NCBI GenBank assembly: GCA_040219255.1
Contig: JAVJSW010000039.1
Span: forward strand, 64,001 to 128,000
Origin: Sumerlaeia bacterium
Lineage (GTDB): Bacteria; Sumerlaeota; Sumerlaeia; SLMS01; JAHLLQ01
Reading direction: 5' to 3'
Length of the DNA: 64,000 nucleotides
How positions within the stretch are numbered: the first letter of the stretch is position 1; the number at the start of each line of letters is the position of its first letter. The translations under genes were made by a program, and so were the position numbers. Under the pieces are notes generated by a model. The model saw nothing but the letters and a program-made list of their open reading frames with translations, did no database searches and was not told the DNA's origin. Below are positions 36,381 to 46,761 of the stretch, in pieces.

Positions 36381-37136
36381 CTAGACGTAGGACCGGCGCT
36401 GTTCCTTGAGCACGAAAGGATGCCGACGGCGTTCGAAGAGATTGAGAATGGCCTCCGTTCCCCGGCGCAGTTTCAGGTTCGTCTCGCGATCCGTGAGGAA
36501 CGTCACCCAATACGGATTCACGGGATCGCCCTTGATAGTGAGACGCTCGCGCAGGCCTTGATCCTCTTCGACGATCGGCGGCAGCAGCAGAGCCGTCGTC
36601 AGCTTCGACTTCTCGAAAAAGGGTTTGGGCGGGTCGCCGTTTGGGACGGTATGGCCGGGGCCAAGCCAGGTCTGGAATTCGTGAGGCATGCGAGCGAGGA
36701 ACCGAAGCAACTGCGCATATTCCGGCTTATTTTCATTCGCATAGAGCAAAAGCTCCGACCGTCGCAATTCTCCGGGCTCGTCCAGTTCGTCGGGAATGGT
36801 CATGGGAACGTCGCTCATGCCGCCGGTGATCAGCGTGTAGAAGGGCCGCTGCTCGGTCGGTTCGAAGATGTAGACGTCCAGGTGGGGCACCATGGGGATT
36901 AGTTCGTGATTGACGTTGAAATCCTCGCCGAAGAGTTCGGCATAGACGGCCTCCCGCTGCTCGATATGGGGAAGGGTGTCCTCCTCGGAAAAGCCGAAGA
37001 GGCTCCTGGCCTGGGTTTCGGTGTGGCGATAGATGCGCGATCCGCCGGGGGTTACGTTTCCGCCGGGGGGGTTGGCGCTGGCGCCGGGAACCGGCTCGTG
37101 CTGGCGTCTGCGGCGAAACAATTCGCGAAGTCCCAT
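36381..37136 (-). CDS. Suppressor-of-fused (SUFU) domain protein
   Basis: VNHELIP..PHLDVY, YTLITGGMSD.PM, R.ELLL, WLGPGHT. Confidence 0.85.
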   Translation of the reverse strand: MGLRELFRRRRQHEPVPGASANPPGGNVTPGGSRIYRHTETQARSLFGFSEEDTLPHIEQREAVYAELFGEDFNVNHELIPMVPHLDVYIFEPTEQRPFYTLITGGMSDVPMTIPDELDEPGELRRSELLLYANENKPEYAQLLRFLARMPHEFQTWLGPGHTVPNGDPPKPFFEKSKLTTALLLPPIVEEDQGLRERLTIKGDPVNPYWVTFLTDRETNLKLRRGTEAILNLFERRRHPFVLKEQRRSYV

Positions 37137-37166
37137 CGGCGCGGTCCTCGATCGGAAGGGGGAATC

Positions 37167-37871
37167 TCAGTTGGCAGGGTCGTTCGCCGCCGCCCACGCC
37201 GCAAGGTCATAGTGGCAGAGGCGGAAGGGGGCGCTGACCTTGAGGGGTTCCTGTGGGTAATCGTTGGCTAGGGTCTGCAGCGCCAGGACGCGCGGGCCGT
37301 CGCCGCCCCGGGCACGCAATTGCTTTTCGATCAGCAGGATACGCTCGCGATGCTTCAGGCCGAGGACGCCGGGCTTTTCGTTTCCCCAGGCCGCGACGAT
37401 CAGGTCGCGGGAACCGGCCCGTTGAAAGACCTCGCCGGTGATGCGGTCGTTTTCCGGTCCCACCGGGTCCTCCGCGTCGAGCAGTTCGCTGGGGTATTCA
37501 CAGCGCCAGGCGAAGAGGTTCAGAATCGCGAAGCCGCCGCATTTCGTTCCGGCCGAGAGGGCCACGTCGTGGCAGCGTTCGATGCTGGCGTCGCCACGGA
37601 TTTCGTCGGCCCGGCCGGGGTGCAGGAGCACGAAAATCACCTTGGGCCGCGTGTCGTCCCATACGCGCCACAGCAGATAGCGGTAGCGCGCCTTGGGACC
37701 GTAGATCGCGCCGAGGGCGTGGCCGGCGGTGCGGTAATCGGCCTGCTCGGCTTTGTGGCCGATTTCGAGAAAGCGTCCGATAAGCGGCGGGGAGGGTTCA
37801 CCCTGAGCCCTGTCGAGCAGTTCCCGGGGCACTTCGAAGTGTTCTTGAGTGATGGTGGAATCGTCTTCCAG
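37167..37871 (-). CDS. DUF1643 domain protein
   Basis: YRYLLWRVWD, VIFVLLHP..AD...D.SI.RC, LNLFAWR, DPVGPEND, IVAAWG, P..PL. Start is uncertain (CTG 37871 after a strong SD). Confidence 0.75.
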   Translation of the reverse strand: MEDDSTITQEHFEVPRELLDRAQGEPSPPLIGRFLEIGHKAEQADYRTAGHALGAIYGPKARYRYLLWRVWDDTRPKVIFVLLHPGRADEIRGDASIERCHDVALSAGTKCGGFAILNLFAWRCEYPSELLDAEDPVGPENDRITGEVFQRAGSRDLIVAAWGNEKPGVLGLKHRERILLIEKQLRARGGDGPRVLALQTLANDYPQEPLKVSAPFRLCHYDLAAWAAANDPAN

Positions 37872-37993
37872 GTGTCCTCTCCTCCTGCGAGGCCTTCGTA
37901 TCGGGCGGTCCGGAGAAATTCCCGGCTTAAATATGAATGGCTCTCGTTGCCCGCCATGGAGCCGCGAGAGCCATACCAAGCGCGAGGCTTTTC

Positions 37994-40606
37994 TTATTCG
38001 TCCTCGTCGTCCTCCGCCGGCAGCGACGGGTCGGCCTCTCCGAGGAGATCGATCTGGCCTTCCAGATCCTCGTCTTCGATGTCTTCCTTCTCGCCGTCGC
38101 TTTCCACGCGGCTGACGGCCGTGATGCGGTCGTCGTCGGGCAGGTTGAAGAAGCGAACGCCCTGAGTGGCGCGGCCGATGACGCGGCAATCGGTGGCGCG
38201 GAAGCGGATCGTCTGACCGCCTTCGGTGATGATGATCAGCTCGTCGTCGCCCATGACTTCGTTGATGCCGACCACGTCGCCGTTGCGGCTGCTGACGCGG
38301 ATGTTGATGACGCCCTTGCCGCCGCGTTTGATGAGGCGGTACTCGTCCACGTTGGAGCGCTTGCCGAAGCCCTTCTCGCAGGTCGTCAGGATCGTCGAGC
38401 CGGGGCGGATCACCTCGGCGCCCACCACCACGTCGTCGGCGGCCAGGTTGATGCCCGCCACGCCTTGGGTGAAGCGGCCCGCCGCGCGCACGTCCGTTTC
38501 CTGGAAGCGGATCGCCATGCCTTTGCGCGTGCCGATGAAGATGTCCTGATCGCCGTTGGTGATCTTCACCGTCACCAGTTTGTCGTCGTCGCCGACGTTG
38601 ATGGCCTTGATGCCGACCTTACGGGGGTTGTTGTAGAGCGAGAGGGCGTTGCGCTGGATGCGGCCCTTCTTGGTCACGAAGACCAGGAACTGCGAGTCGT
38701 CGAACTTGCTGACGGGGACGACGGCTTCGACCTTCTCGCCCTTTTCCAGGCCTTCGAGCAGGTTGACGATGGGCCGGCCTTTGCTGGCGCGGCCGCCTTC
38801 CGGCAGCTCGTACACCTTCAGCCAGTAGGCTTTACCGAAGTTCGTGAAGAACATCAGGTAATCGTGCGTCGTGCCGACGAAAATCAGCTCGACCCAGTCT
38901 TCGTCCTTCGTTTCGGCGCCGATGACGCCCTTTCCGCCGCGTTTCTGGCGGCGGTAGAGGTCCGTGTCGGTGCGCTTGATGTAGCCCTGGTGGCTGATGG
39001 TGATGACCATGCGCTGCTCGGCGATCAGGTCTTCGATGGTCATTTCGCCTTCGTGGGCCAGAAGCTGGGTGCGGCGCGCATCGCCGAACTTGTTCTTCAT
39101 CGCCAGCAGGTCGTTCTTGATGACTTCGTATTGCTTCACTTCGCTGCCCAGGATTTCCAGCAGGCTTTCGATCAGCTCGTTGAGCTTCTTCCACTCGTCC
39201 TCGAGCTTGCCCACTTCCAGCGCGGTCAAGGTCCGCAGGCGCATTTCCAGGATCGCGTCGGCCTGACGCTTGGACATCGCCGTGTACTTCTCGCGGATGA
39301 CGGAGATCACTTCGGGGTTGGCGCTGGTGATTTTGTTCTTCTTCAGCTTGACCATGAGGCCGCTGCTCATCAACGCCTCGCGGGCGGCGTCGGTGTCCGC
39401 CGACTCGCGGATGATGCGCACGATTTCATCGATGTCCGACAGCGCCAGCACGAGGCCCTCGACGATGTGGAGGCGCTCCTGGGCTTTGTTCAGATCGTAG
39501 CGCGTCCCGCGTACCAGCACCTCTTTGCGGTGCGCGACGTAGAGGTGCAGCATGCGCTCCAGGCTGAGGTAGCGCGGCTGGTTGTTGACGATGGAGAGCA
39601 GGATGATGCCGAAGCTCGTCTGGAGCTGCGTGCGTTTGTAGAGGTTGTTGATGACGACTTCCGGGTTTTCGCCGCGTCGCAGTTCGATGACGACGCGCAT
39701 GCCTTCGCGGTCGCTCTCGTCGCGCACTTCGGTGATGCCCAGGATTTTCTTGTCGCGCACCTGATGCACGATGTCCACGACCAGGCGCGACTTGTTCACC
39801 TGGAAGGGGATTTCCGTGATGATGATGGCCTCTTTGTTGCCCTTCAGCTCCTCCTTGTGGAGCTTGGCGCGCATCATGAACTTGCCGCGGCCGGTGCGAT
39901 AGGCGTCCTTGATGCCCTTGTTGCCCATGATGAAGCCGCCGGTCGGCAGGTCCGGCCCGGGCAGCTTCTCCATCAGCTCCTCGACCGTCAGGCGCCGGTC
40001 GCGGTTGTCGATCATGAGGACCAAGGCGTCCACGATTTCGCTCAGGTTGTGGGGCGGGATCTTCGTCGCCATGCCGACGGCGATGCCGTCGGAGCCGTTC
40101 ATCAGGAGTTGCGGCACGGCGCTCGGCAGCGAGATGGGCTCGAGTTCCTTGCCGTCGTAGTTGGGCTGGAAATCGACGGTGTTTTTCTCGATGTCGATGA
40201 GCATCGCTTCGCCGATGGGCAGGAGGCGCGCTTCCGTGTAACGCATGGCGGCGGCTTTGTCGCCATCGACGGAGCCGAAGTTGCCCTGGCCATCGACCAG
40301 CGGATAGCGCAGGTTCCAGGGCTGGGCCATGCGGGCCAAGGTGTCGTAGATCGCCGAGTCGCCGTGCGGGTGGTATTTACCCATCACTTCACCGACGATT
40401 TTGGCGGACTTGTTGTGGGCGCGATTGCTGCGGTAACCGCCGGTGTACATGGCGTAGAGAATGCGCCGGTGCACCGGTTTCATGCCGTCGCGCACATCGG
40501 GCAAGGCCCGCCCCACGATGACCGACATCGCGTAATCCAGGTACGACGTCCGCATCTCCTCTTCGATACCGAGATTGGTGATGGATTCTCTGCTGCTATC
40601 CTGCAT
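37994..40606 (-). CDS. gyrA: DNA gyrase subunit A
   Basis: SYLDYAMSVIVGRALPDVRDG, YHPHGDSAIYD, AAMRYTE (catalytic Tyr), GyrA-box QKRGGKG, acidic tail. Confidence 0.97.
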   Translation of the reverse strand: MQDSSRESITNLGIEEEMRTSYLDYAMSVIVGRALPDVRDGMKPVHRRILYAMYTGGYRSNRAHNKSAKIVGEVMGKYHPHGDSAIYDTLARMAQPWNLRYPLVDGQGNFGSVDGDKAAAMRYTEARLLPIGEAMLIDIEKNTVDFQPNYDGKELEPISLPSAVPQLLMNGSDGIAVGMATKIPPHNLSEIVDALVLMIDNRDRRLTVEELMEKLPGPDLPTGGFIMGNKGIKDAYRTGRGKFMMRAKLHKEELKGNKEAIIITEIPFQVNKSRLVVDIVHQVRDKKILGITEVRDESDREGMRVVIELRRGENPEVVINNLYKRTQLQTSFGIILLSIVNNQPRYLSLERMLHLYVAHRKEVLVRGTRYDLNKAQERLHIVEGLVLALSDIDEIVRIIRESADTDAAREALMSSGLMVKLKKNKITSANPEVISVIREKYTAMSKRQADAILEMRLRTLTALEVGKLEDEWKKLNELIESLLEILGSEVKQYEVIKNDLLAMKNKFGDARRTQLLAHEGEMTIEDLIAEQRMVITISHQGYIKRTDTDLYRRQKRGGKGVIGAETKDEDWVELIFVGTTHDYLMFFTNFGKAYWLKVYELPEGGRASKGRPIVNLLEGLEKGEKVEAVVPVSKFDDSQFLVFVTKKGRIQRNALSLYNNPRKVGIKAINVGDDDKLVTVKITNGDQDIFIGTRKGMAIRFQETDVRAAGRFTQGVAGINLAADDVVVGAEVIRPGSTILTTCEKGFGKRSNVDEYRLIKRGGKGVINIRVSSRNGDVVGINEVMGDDELIIITEGGQTIRFRATDCRVIGRATQGVRFFNLPDDDRITAVSRVESDGEKEDIEDEDLEGQIDLLGEADPSLPAEDDEDE

Positions 40607-40804
40607 CCGGGGGCGTGCTCCTCGATGATTGGCGAAACGGAAAAAGAGACCAGACCGTTGCCCTGCGTAGGTTGCCGGAATCGGCGCAAAGCCCGAGGGT
40701 CCGGGCACAACTCCGCAAGAGGGATGAGCTTAGGCACCCGGGATGGCAGAAGCAAGCCCGGAAATGCGTTTTTCTCGGGCTTTTTCGCTTTTAATTCTCT
40801 ACCC

Positions 40805-43363
40805 TCAGCGGCGTCCGAAACGCCTGAGAAGCAACGAGTTACCCACCACCGACACGCTGCTGAGCGCCATCGCTCCGGCGGCCAGATAGGGGGCTACCAA
40901 ACCAAACGCCGCCACAGGAATCAAAACGGTGTTGTATGCGAACGCCCAGAACAGATTCTGGCGGATTTTCCGGAACGTCGCCTCGGACAAAGCGATGGCT
41001 CGCTCGACCCCCGCCACGTCGCCGGAGGCCAGCGTAATCGCCCCCGCCTCCATCGCCACGTCGGCCCCGGTGCCGAGCGCGATTCCCAGATCCGCCCGGG
41101 CCAGCGCGGGGGCGTCGTTGATGCCGTCGCCGACCATCGCCACGCGCTTGCCTTCGTCCTGGAGCCGGGCGATTTCGTCGGCCTTGTTTTCGGGCCGGAC
41201 GCCCGCCAGGACACGCTCCGGCGCGATGCCGGCTTCGCGGGCGATGGCGCGGGCGGTGGCGGCGTTGTCGCCGGTGATGAGCCAGACCTCCAGATCGCGC
41301 TCCTCCGTCAGCCGCCGCACCGTCTCGCGGGCGTTGGGCTTGAGTTCATCGGCGATGGCCAGGAAGCCCAGCAAAACGCCCTCGCGCCCCACCGCGACCA
41401 CGGTCTTGCCTTCGTCCTCCAGGGCGCCCTTGGCGGCGTCGTGGCCGGCGCCGTCCGCCCCCACGAAGGCCAGGCTGCCCACGGCCACGGACCGGCCATC
41501 CACCGAGGCGCGGATGCCTTCGCCGGGGTTGGCCTGGGCGTCGCGCGATTCGGGGATCGAGAGGTCGGCTTCCTCCGCCGCGCGGACGATGGCGCGGCCG
41601 ATGGGGTGCTCGCTGTGGCGCTCGGCGGCGGCGGCCAGGGTGAGCAGTTCGCCCTCGGAGATGCCTTCCGCCACGGCCCGCCGGTCCGTGACGCGCATTT
41701 CGCCGACTGTCAAGGTACCGGTCTTGTCAAAGACGATGGCCGTGATGCGACGGGCCTGCTCGATGGCCTGGGCGTCGCGGATCAGGATGCCTTCCTTGGC
41801 CCCGGCGCCCGTGCCGACCATGATCGCCGTCGGCGTGGCCAGGCCCAGCGCGCAGGGGCAGGCGATGATGAGCACCGCCACCGCCGCGATGAGCCCCGGC
41901 GCCCAGCCCGCCCCAAACACCGCCCACGCCAGGAACGTCAGCACCGCGACGCCAATTACGCAGGGCACGAAGATACCGCTGATGCGGTCGGCGAGGCGCT
42001 GCACGTCAGCCTTGCTTTCCTGCGCCATCTCGACGGCGCGGGCGATGCCGGCGAGCGCCGTCTCGCCTCCGACGCGCGTGGCGCGGATTTCCAGGACGCC
42101 GTTCTGGTTCACCGTGGCGCCGTAGGCGTCGTCGCCGGGGGCTTTGCGAACCGGGGCCGATTCGCCGGTGAGCATCGATTCGTCGACGGAGGATTCGCCC
42201 GAGAGAACTTCGCCATCGGTGGGGATTTTCTCGCCCGGGCGCACGATCATGACATCGCCGGGGGCGATGTCTTCGGCGGCGATTTCGCGCTCCTCGCCCT
42301 CACGGCGGACGCGGGCTTTCTTCGCGGCGAGGTCCATCAGGGCGGTGATGGCTTCGCCGGCTTTGGCCTTGGCGCGGGCTTCCATCCATTTGCCCAGGCT
42401 GATGAGCGCCACGATCATGGCGGCGCTCTCGAAATAGACGTGGCCCTCGGCGAGGGTCGTTCCCGCCAACCCGGCGAAGAACACCACACAGGAAAACAGA
42501 TAGGCCGTGCCCGATCCGAGGGCGATCAGCGTGTCCATGTTGACCATCCGGTGGCGCAGGCCCCGTGCGGCGCTGCGCACGAACGCCCAGCCCGCCGTTG
42601 CCATCACCGCCGTAGTGAGGACGAACGCGATCCACCGCGACCCCGGCACATGCCAGCCGAACCAGTGCCCGCCCATCTCGACCACCATGACGGGGATCGC
42701 GAGAGCCAGCGCCAGGAGGGCGAGGCGCTTCCATTGGCGGGCCTCGAGGGCGCGTTTCTCCGAGGAGCTGGGGCCGCCCTGGTCCTTCGCCGACGCGGCC
42801 CGGGGTTTGGCTTCGTAGCCCGCGTCGGCCACGGCGCGTTCGCCTTGCGAGGCGGCGGCCTGCGGATCGGTGCCGTCCGCCAGATCCACCGTGGCGCGTT
42901 CCATGGCGAAGTTCACCCGCGCCGCCGCAACGCCGGGAACGTCAGCCAGGGCCTTCTCGACGCGCTGGGCGCAGGACGCGCAGTGCATCCCGCCGATGTC
43001 GAAGGTGAGGGACGCACCGCTGGGGGCCTTTTCCCGAGGGGAAGCCGATTCCGGCGCCGGAGCCGCGTCCGCGTTCGCGTCTTCTCTTTCGAGTTCGCAG
43101 GCTTCGGGCGAGGCGGGAGCCTGTGCGACGGTGACCGTGAACTTCGTGTCCGCGAAGGCATTCTCGAAATTCGCGGGCGAGAAATCCTTGGACGTCATGA
43201 CTTCCGCCCGCGCCTGCTCCAGGTCCACGGTGGCCCGCTCGACCCCGTCGAGGGCCAAAAGGCGCCGCTCCACACCGCCCGCGCAGCCCTGGCAGGTCAT
43301 GCCTTCGACGCGCAAGAGCCATTGATTTTGCTGAGCTTGGGGAGATGAGGCCGAAGTGCCCAT
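40805..43363 (-). CDS. copA: Cu(I)-translocating P1B-type ATPase
   Basis: Two HMA motifs (GMTCQGC, GMHCASC), TGES, CPC, DKTGTLT, SEHP, GDGIND, YN and MALSS. Confidence 0.92.
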   Translation of the reverse strand: MGTSASSPQAQQNQWLLRVEGMTCQGCAGGVERRLLALDGVERATVDLEQARAEVMTSKDFSPANFENAFADTKFTVTVAQAPASPEACELEREDANADAAPAPESASPREKAPSGASLTFDIGGMHCASCAQRVEKALADVPGVAAARVNFAMERATVDLADGTDPQAAASQGERAVADAGYEAKPRAASAKDQGGPSSSEKRALEARQWKRLALLALALAIPVMVVEMGGHWFGWHVPGSRWIAFVLTTAVMATAGWAFVRSAARGLRHRMVNMDTLIALGSGTAYLFSCVVFFAGLAGTTLAEGHVYFESAAMIVALISLGKWMEARAKAKAGEAITALMDLAAKKARVRREGEEREIAAEDIAPGDVMIVRPGEKIPTDGEVLSGESSVDESMLTGESAPVRKAPGDDAYGATVNQNGVLEIRATRVGGETALAGIARAVEMAQESKADVQRLADRISGIFVPCVIGVAVLTFLAWAVFGAGWAPGLIAAVAVLIIACPCALGLATPTAIMVGTGAGAKEGILIRDAQAIEQARRITAIVFDKTGTLTVGEMRVTDRRAVAEGISEGELLTLAAAAERHSEHPIGRAIVRAAEEADLSIPESRDAQANPGEGIRASVDGRSVAVGSLAFVGADGAGHDAAKGALEDEGKTVVAVGREGVLLGFLAIADELKPNARETVRRLTEERDLEVWLITGDNAATARAIAREAGIAPERVLAGVRPENKADEIARLQDEGKRVAMVGDGINDAPALARADLGIALGTGADVAMEAGAITLASGDVAGVERAIALSEATFRKIRQNLFWAFAYNTVLIPVAAFGLVAPYLAAGAMALSSVSVVGNSLLLRRFGRR

Positions 43364-43427
43364 GGGTTTGCCTTTCCGGATGCCAAGGTGTTGGCTTCCT
43401 AATCAGGCGAGGCTCGTGCCAGGGGAC

Positions 43428-43512
43428 GCACAGACTGGAGAGTCTGTGCCACATCGGACGCGACCCAGATCTGCCGCACACGCGAATGTAGCACAGGCAC
43501 TCTTGCCTGTGC
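43428..43512. repeat. Pair of oppositely oriented GTRG-type REP palindromes
   Basis: Minus strand 43428-43452 reads GTGGCACAGACTCTCCAGTCTGTGC; plus strand 43488-43512 reads GTAGCACAGGCACTCTTGCCTGTGC. Confidence 0.7.
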
Positions 43513-43523
43513 CCTCTCCGACA

Positions 43524-44504
43524 TTACGCGTCGCGCAGCCTCGGGTTGATCACCGGGTAGAGCGAATCCACCAGCAAGTTCATGAAAATCAGGGTTGCGC
43601 TGAAGAAGACCACCAGCCCCAGGAGCAACGGCATATCGCGGTTGTTGATGGAGTGGACGAGCAGCTCGCCGATGCCGGGCACGGCGAAAATCTTCTCGAC
43701 CACCAGGGAGCCGGTGAGCAGCGCCGCCACCACCGGGCCGATGTAAGTCACGACGGAGGAGAGCGAATTGCGCAAGGCGTGGCGCAGGACGACCTTGTAT
43801 TCGGCGACGCCCTTGGACCGGGCGGTGCGGACGTAGTCCTGGCGCAGGGCCTCGAGCATGGAGGCCCGCGTCAGGCGCAGAATCGCGGCGAAGGGGAAGG
43901 CCCCCAGACAGGCCGCGGGGATCCACATGCGCCACCAGCTTTCGTGCCAGCCGGTGGCCGGCAACCAGCCCAAGACCCTCGCCAGGAAAAACACCGCCAG
44001 CGAGGCGAGCACGAAGTTGGGCACGGAAACCCCCAGAAGCGAGAGGACGATTCCGCCCTGGTCTATGGCCTCGTTGTGTTTCACGGCGCACATGACCCCG
44101 ATGGGCACGCCCAGCAAGACCGCCAGCAGAACCGCCCGCCAGCCAAGGCCGATGGAGGCGGGGAGGTGCTGGCTGAGCAGTTCCCGCAACGTGCGATCCT
44201 GCTTGGTGCGCGCCGGAAGCGAGTCGAACACCGCGACCTTCTGCATGTTCTTGACGTATTGGATGTGAAGGGGCTGATCGAGATAGTAGCGCTGCATGAT
44301 GGCCTGGCGGGTGCGTTCGTCCATGCGGCCTTCGCCGCCGATCATGTCGGCTTCGCCGCCGGCCAGCTTGGTGAGGAGAAACACCAGCGTGGCCACAAAC
44401 CACAACGTCCCGAGCGCGATGGGCAGTTTCTTGAGCAAGGTGGGCAGGAAAGCCCGAAAGAAAACGGCGGCGCCGGTGGAGATGGACTTGGCGAAATCGA
44501 TCAT
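43524..44504 (-). CDS. oppB: Oligopeptide/dipeptide ABC transporter permease (OppB/DppB family)
   Basis: LDQPL..QY, GVSVPNFV, DYVRTARSKG, HALRN, VEKIFAVPGIG, NLLVD.LY..INPR. Confidence 0.9.
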   Translation of the reverse strand: MIDFAKSISTGAAVFFRAFLPTLLKKLPIALGTLWFVATLVFLLTKLAGGEADMIGGEGRMDERTRQAIMQRYYLDQPLHIQYVKNMQKVAVFDSLPARTKQDRTLRELLSQHLPASIGLGWRAVLLAVLLGVPIGVMCAVKHNEAIDQGGIVLSLLGVSVPNFVLASLAVFFLARVLGWLPATGWHESWWRMWIPAACLGAFPFAAILRLTRASMLEALRQDYVRTARSKGVAEYKVVLRHALRNSLSSVVTYIGPVVAALLTGSLVVEKIFAVPGIGELLVHSINNRDMPLLLGLVVFFSATLIFMNLLVDSLYPVINPRLRDA

Positions 44505-44525
44505 GGGGCGGGTGGGGGCTCCTGG

Positions 44526-45083
44526 TTACTCGACGCGCAGCAGGCGCATTTGGACTTGTTCGCGGACGGCGAAGCGCGAATGCGCAGCCGCCCGGTAATG
44601 AAAGCTCTTGCGCGGCTCGACCGTGCCCCGGGTCCAGGGCGTGGCGTCGATCACGGTGCCGTTCTGCCGAAAGAAAATGGTGCGGATTTCAAAATGCGCC
44701 ACGCCGGTCTCGCGCCGGTTGAAAACGTTCAGCCGCACCTCGGGCAGGTCCACCGTCAGATAGGCGTCTTCATCGCTCGGCTGGAGGAACTCGTAGTTGC
44801 GGATTTCGAGGGTTTTCTTCAACTCCTCCGGGACCTGACCGCCGGGCAGGAGCCGCAGAAAGTCCTCTGCCGTCAGCGGCTTAGCCTCGGGCGCGAGCGT
44901 ATCGGTGGCGGGCGCCGCGTTCGGCGTGACGATGGGCGCGGGCGCGGGCGCGGGCAATTCGGCTGGCTCGCCGCGCTCAGCGACGGGCGGCACGTCGGGC
45001 GAAGACACCCCGCCCTCCTGCGCCAGAGCGGGTGCGAGGGCGAGGACGGAGAAGGCGGCGGCAAGGATCGGGCGTCGAAACAT
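44526..45083 (-). CDS. Hypothetical secreted protein with Pro/Ala-rich linker
   Basis: Signal peptide ending PALA|Q, PAPAP linker, small beta-rich C-terminal domain. Confidence 0.65.
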   Translation of the reverse strand: MFRRPILAAAFSVLALAPALAQEGGVSSPDVPPVAERGEPAELPAPAPAPIVTPNAAPATDTLAPEAKPLTAEDFLRLLPGGQVPEELKKTLEIRNYEFLQPSDEDAYLTVDLPEVRLNVFNRRETGVAHFEIRTIFFRQNGTVIDATPWTRGTVEPRKSFHYRAAAHSRFAVREQVQMRLLRVE

Positions 45084-45216
45084 AAGGGGGGTCTCAATCC
45101 ATTCAGAAGGGGTTAGTATAGGCAAGGGGCGGGCTCCGCAAGCCCGGATAAGCACCTTGACCCGGTTTTGCCGGGCGCGGTTGGTTTTCGGCAGACTTTC
45201 GCTTGGACCCGCGCGC

Positions 45217-45828
45217 ATGATTGACTCACTCCAAGGCACCCTCCTCGACCACGACGAATCGCATGCCATCGTGGACGTCGGCGGCGTGCGCTTTCGCGTC
45301 GAGATTCCCGGCAGCACCGCCGTGCAACTGCCGGCTCAGGGCGAGCCGGTGACACTGCTGACGCGGTTGTCGTTCAACCCGAACGAGGGCAGTTTCGCGC
45401 TGTTCGGCTTCTCGACGCCGATGGAGCGCCAGTGCTATGAGGTGCTGCTGACGATCAGCGGCATCGGGCCGAAGAAGGCGCTGGCGATCCTGAGCCAGGT
45501 CGAAGTCGCGGCCTTTGCCCGCGCCGTGATCGAGAAAAACCTGACGTACTTCAGCGGCATCAAAGGCGTGGGGCGGAAAACGGCGGAGCGGCTGCTGCTG
45601 GAGCTGAGCGACAAAATGTTCGGCCTTGCCGCGGAAGCCAAAGTCAGCGGCAAGCAAGCCCCCGCCGCGCCCGCGCAGAGCGAGAACATCGCCGACGCGG
45701 TCGCGGCCCTGATCGCCCTGGGCTGCCCCGCCGCAGTGGCCCAGCGAGCCGTCGCCAGCGCCGCCGAAATCGCCGGCCAGGACGCCCCCACGGAAGAGTT
45801 GATTCGCGAAGGCTTGCGGCACCGCTAA
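45217..45828 (+). CDS. ruvA: Holliday junction branch migration protein RuvA
   Basis: MIDSLQG, VDVGGV, LFGF, ISGIGPKKALAIL, IKGVGRKTAERLLLEL, AL.ALG. Confidence 0.95.
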   Translation: MIDSLQGTLLDHDESHAIVDVGGVRFRVEIPGSTAVQLPAQGEPVTLLTRLSFNPNEGSFALFGFSTPMERQCYEVLLTISGIGPKKALAILSQVEVAAFARAVIEKNLTYFSGIKGVGRKTAERLLLELSDKMFGLAAEAKVSGKQAPAAPAQSENIADAVAALIALGCPAAVAQRAVASAAEIAGQDAPTEELIREGLRHR

Positions 45829-45847
45829 GCCGCACGTCGTCCCGCCT

Positions 45848-46738
45848 TCAGGCGGAAAGCTTTTCTCCCTCCGCCTGATCTTCCTCAATCACAGCCAGCA
45901 ACAGTTCCCGCGCCGACTCGCAGCGCCCCATATCGGGCTCGATGGCGTCGTAAACCCGGTCGCGCAGGGAAGGCATAAACCGGCGCCCCAGCACCAGCAG
46001 CGCCAGCGCTCCCCCGCCGACCAGCAGCCACTTCACCGCAACACTCGCGAAGGCCGGATCGCGGAGCGCCGCGGCTACCATGATGGCAATGAGCGCGATC
46101 ACGAAGCAGCCGACCTCGGCGGCGAAGTTGAACGTGTAGTCAATAAACCAGAACAACGCCATCAACGGCCACCTGAGAGGGCGCAGGACAGCTAGGCTGA
46201 GGGCGGGGCGGAGGAGGAGGCTTTCGGCCTGCGAGAGTCGGATGGAGGGGACGCTGGTGATTTCCTTCATCTGCAGAATCACGAGAACGAGGAAAATCAC
46301 GATCCAGGCGAATGGATGAATCAGAGACAAGAAAGCGTAGGCGAACGCGAAACCGATCAGGAGTTGGGCCATCCGGCGGGCGCGTTCGCAGGGGGCGAGG
46401 ATGCCAGACAGAATGTCCTCGGCGGAGAGGCTGGTCAGAAGCAAATCACGCAGCATGGCCGCGTTCCAAAAGCCCTGGAACTCTTGGCGGACCCGCAGGC
46501 GAAAGAGTGCCTCTATGGAGACTAAACAGACTGGAATCAGGCCCAGCGAAAGCAGGAAGTGCGGGAAGAGGAGGAGCTTGAATGTTGCGAAGGCTAGGAT
46601 GCCAAGCAGGAGCACCACGACGGCGAAGCTGCGGCTGCGCCGAAACGACCGCGCGTAAACCGGGTTTTCCCAAGGTTCCGTCTGGCCCTCCAGATGGCGC
46701 TCGCTGACTGGGCGGCGCAAAGGCCTGGGCTTTGGCAT
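45848..46738 (-). CDS. Hypothetical multi-pass membrane protein
   Basis: ENPV..R motif, about 6 TM helices, DLLLTSLS..DIL.G reminiscent of ABC-2-associated membrane proteins. Alternative TTG start at 46765. Confidence 0.6.
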   Translation of the reverse strand: MPKPRPLRRPVSERHLEGQTEPWENPVYARSFRRSRSFAVVVLLLGILAFATFKLLLFPHFLLSLGLIPVCLVSIEALFRLRVRQEFQGFWNAAMLRDLLLTSLSAEDILSGILAPCERARRMAQLLIGFAFAYAFLSLIHPFAWIVIFLVLVILQMKEITSVPSIRLSQAESLLLRPALSLAVLRPLRWPLMALFWFIDYTFNFAAEVGCFVIALIAIMVAAALRDPAFASVAVKWLLVGGGALALLVLGRRFMPSLRDRVYDAIEPDMGRCESARELLLAVIEEDQAEGEKLSA

Positions 46739-46761
46739 GGCGCGGCGACCAAGGGGCACCG

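Noticed and set aside
40340-40380. Quinolone-resistance substitution in GyrA
   Set aside because: The QRDR reads HPHGDSAIYD, with wild-type Ser and Asp at the positions equivalent to 83 and 87.
37937-43348. 1803-aa ORF on the + strand
   Set aside because: Antisense shadow of gyrA and copA; high GC3 removes stops on the opposite strand and there are no protein motifs.
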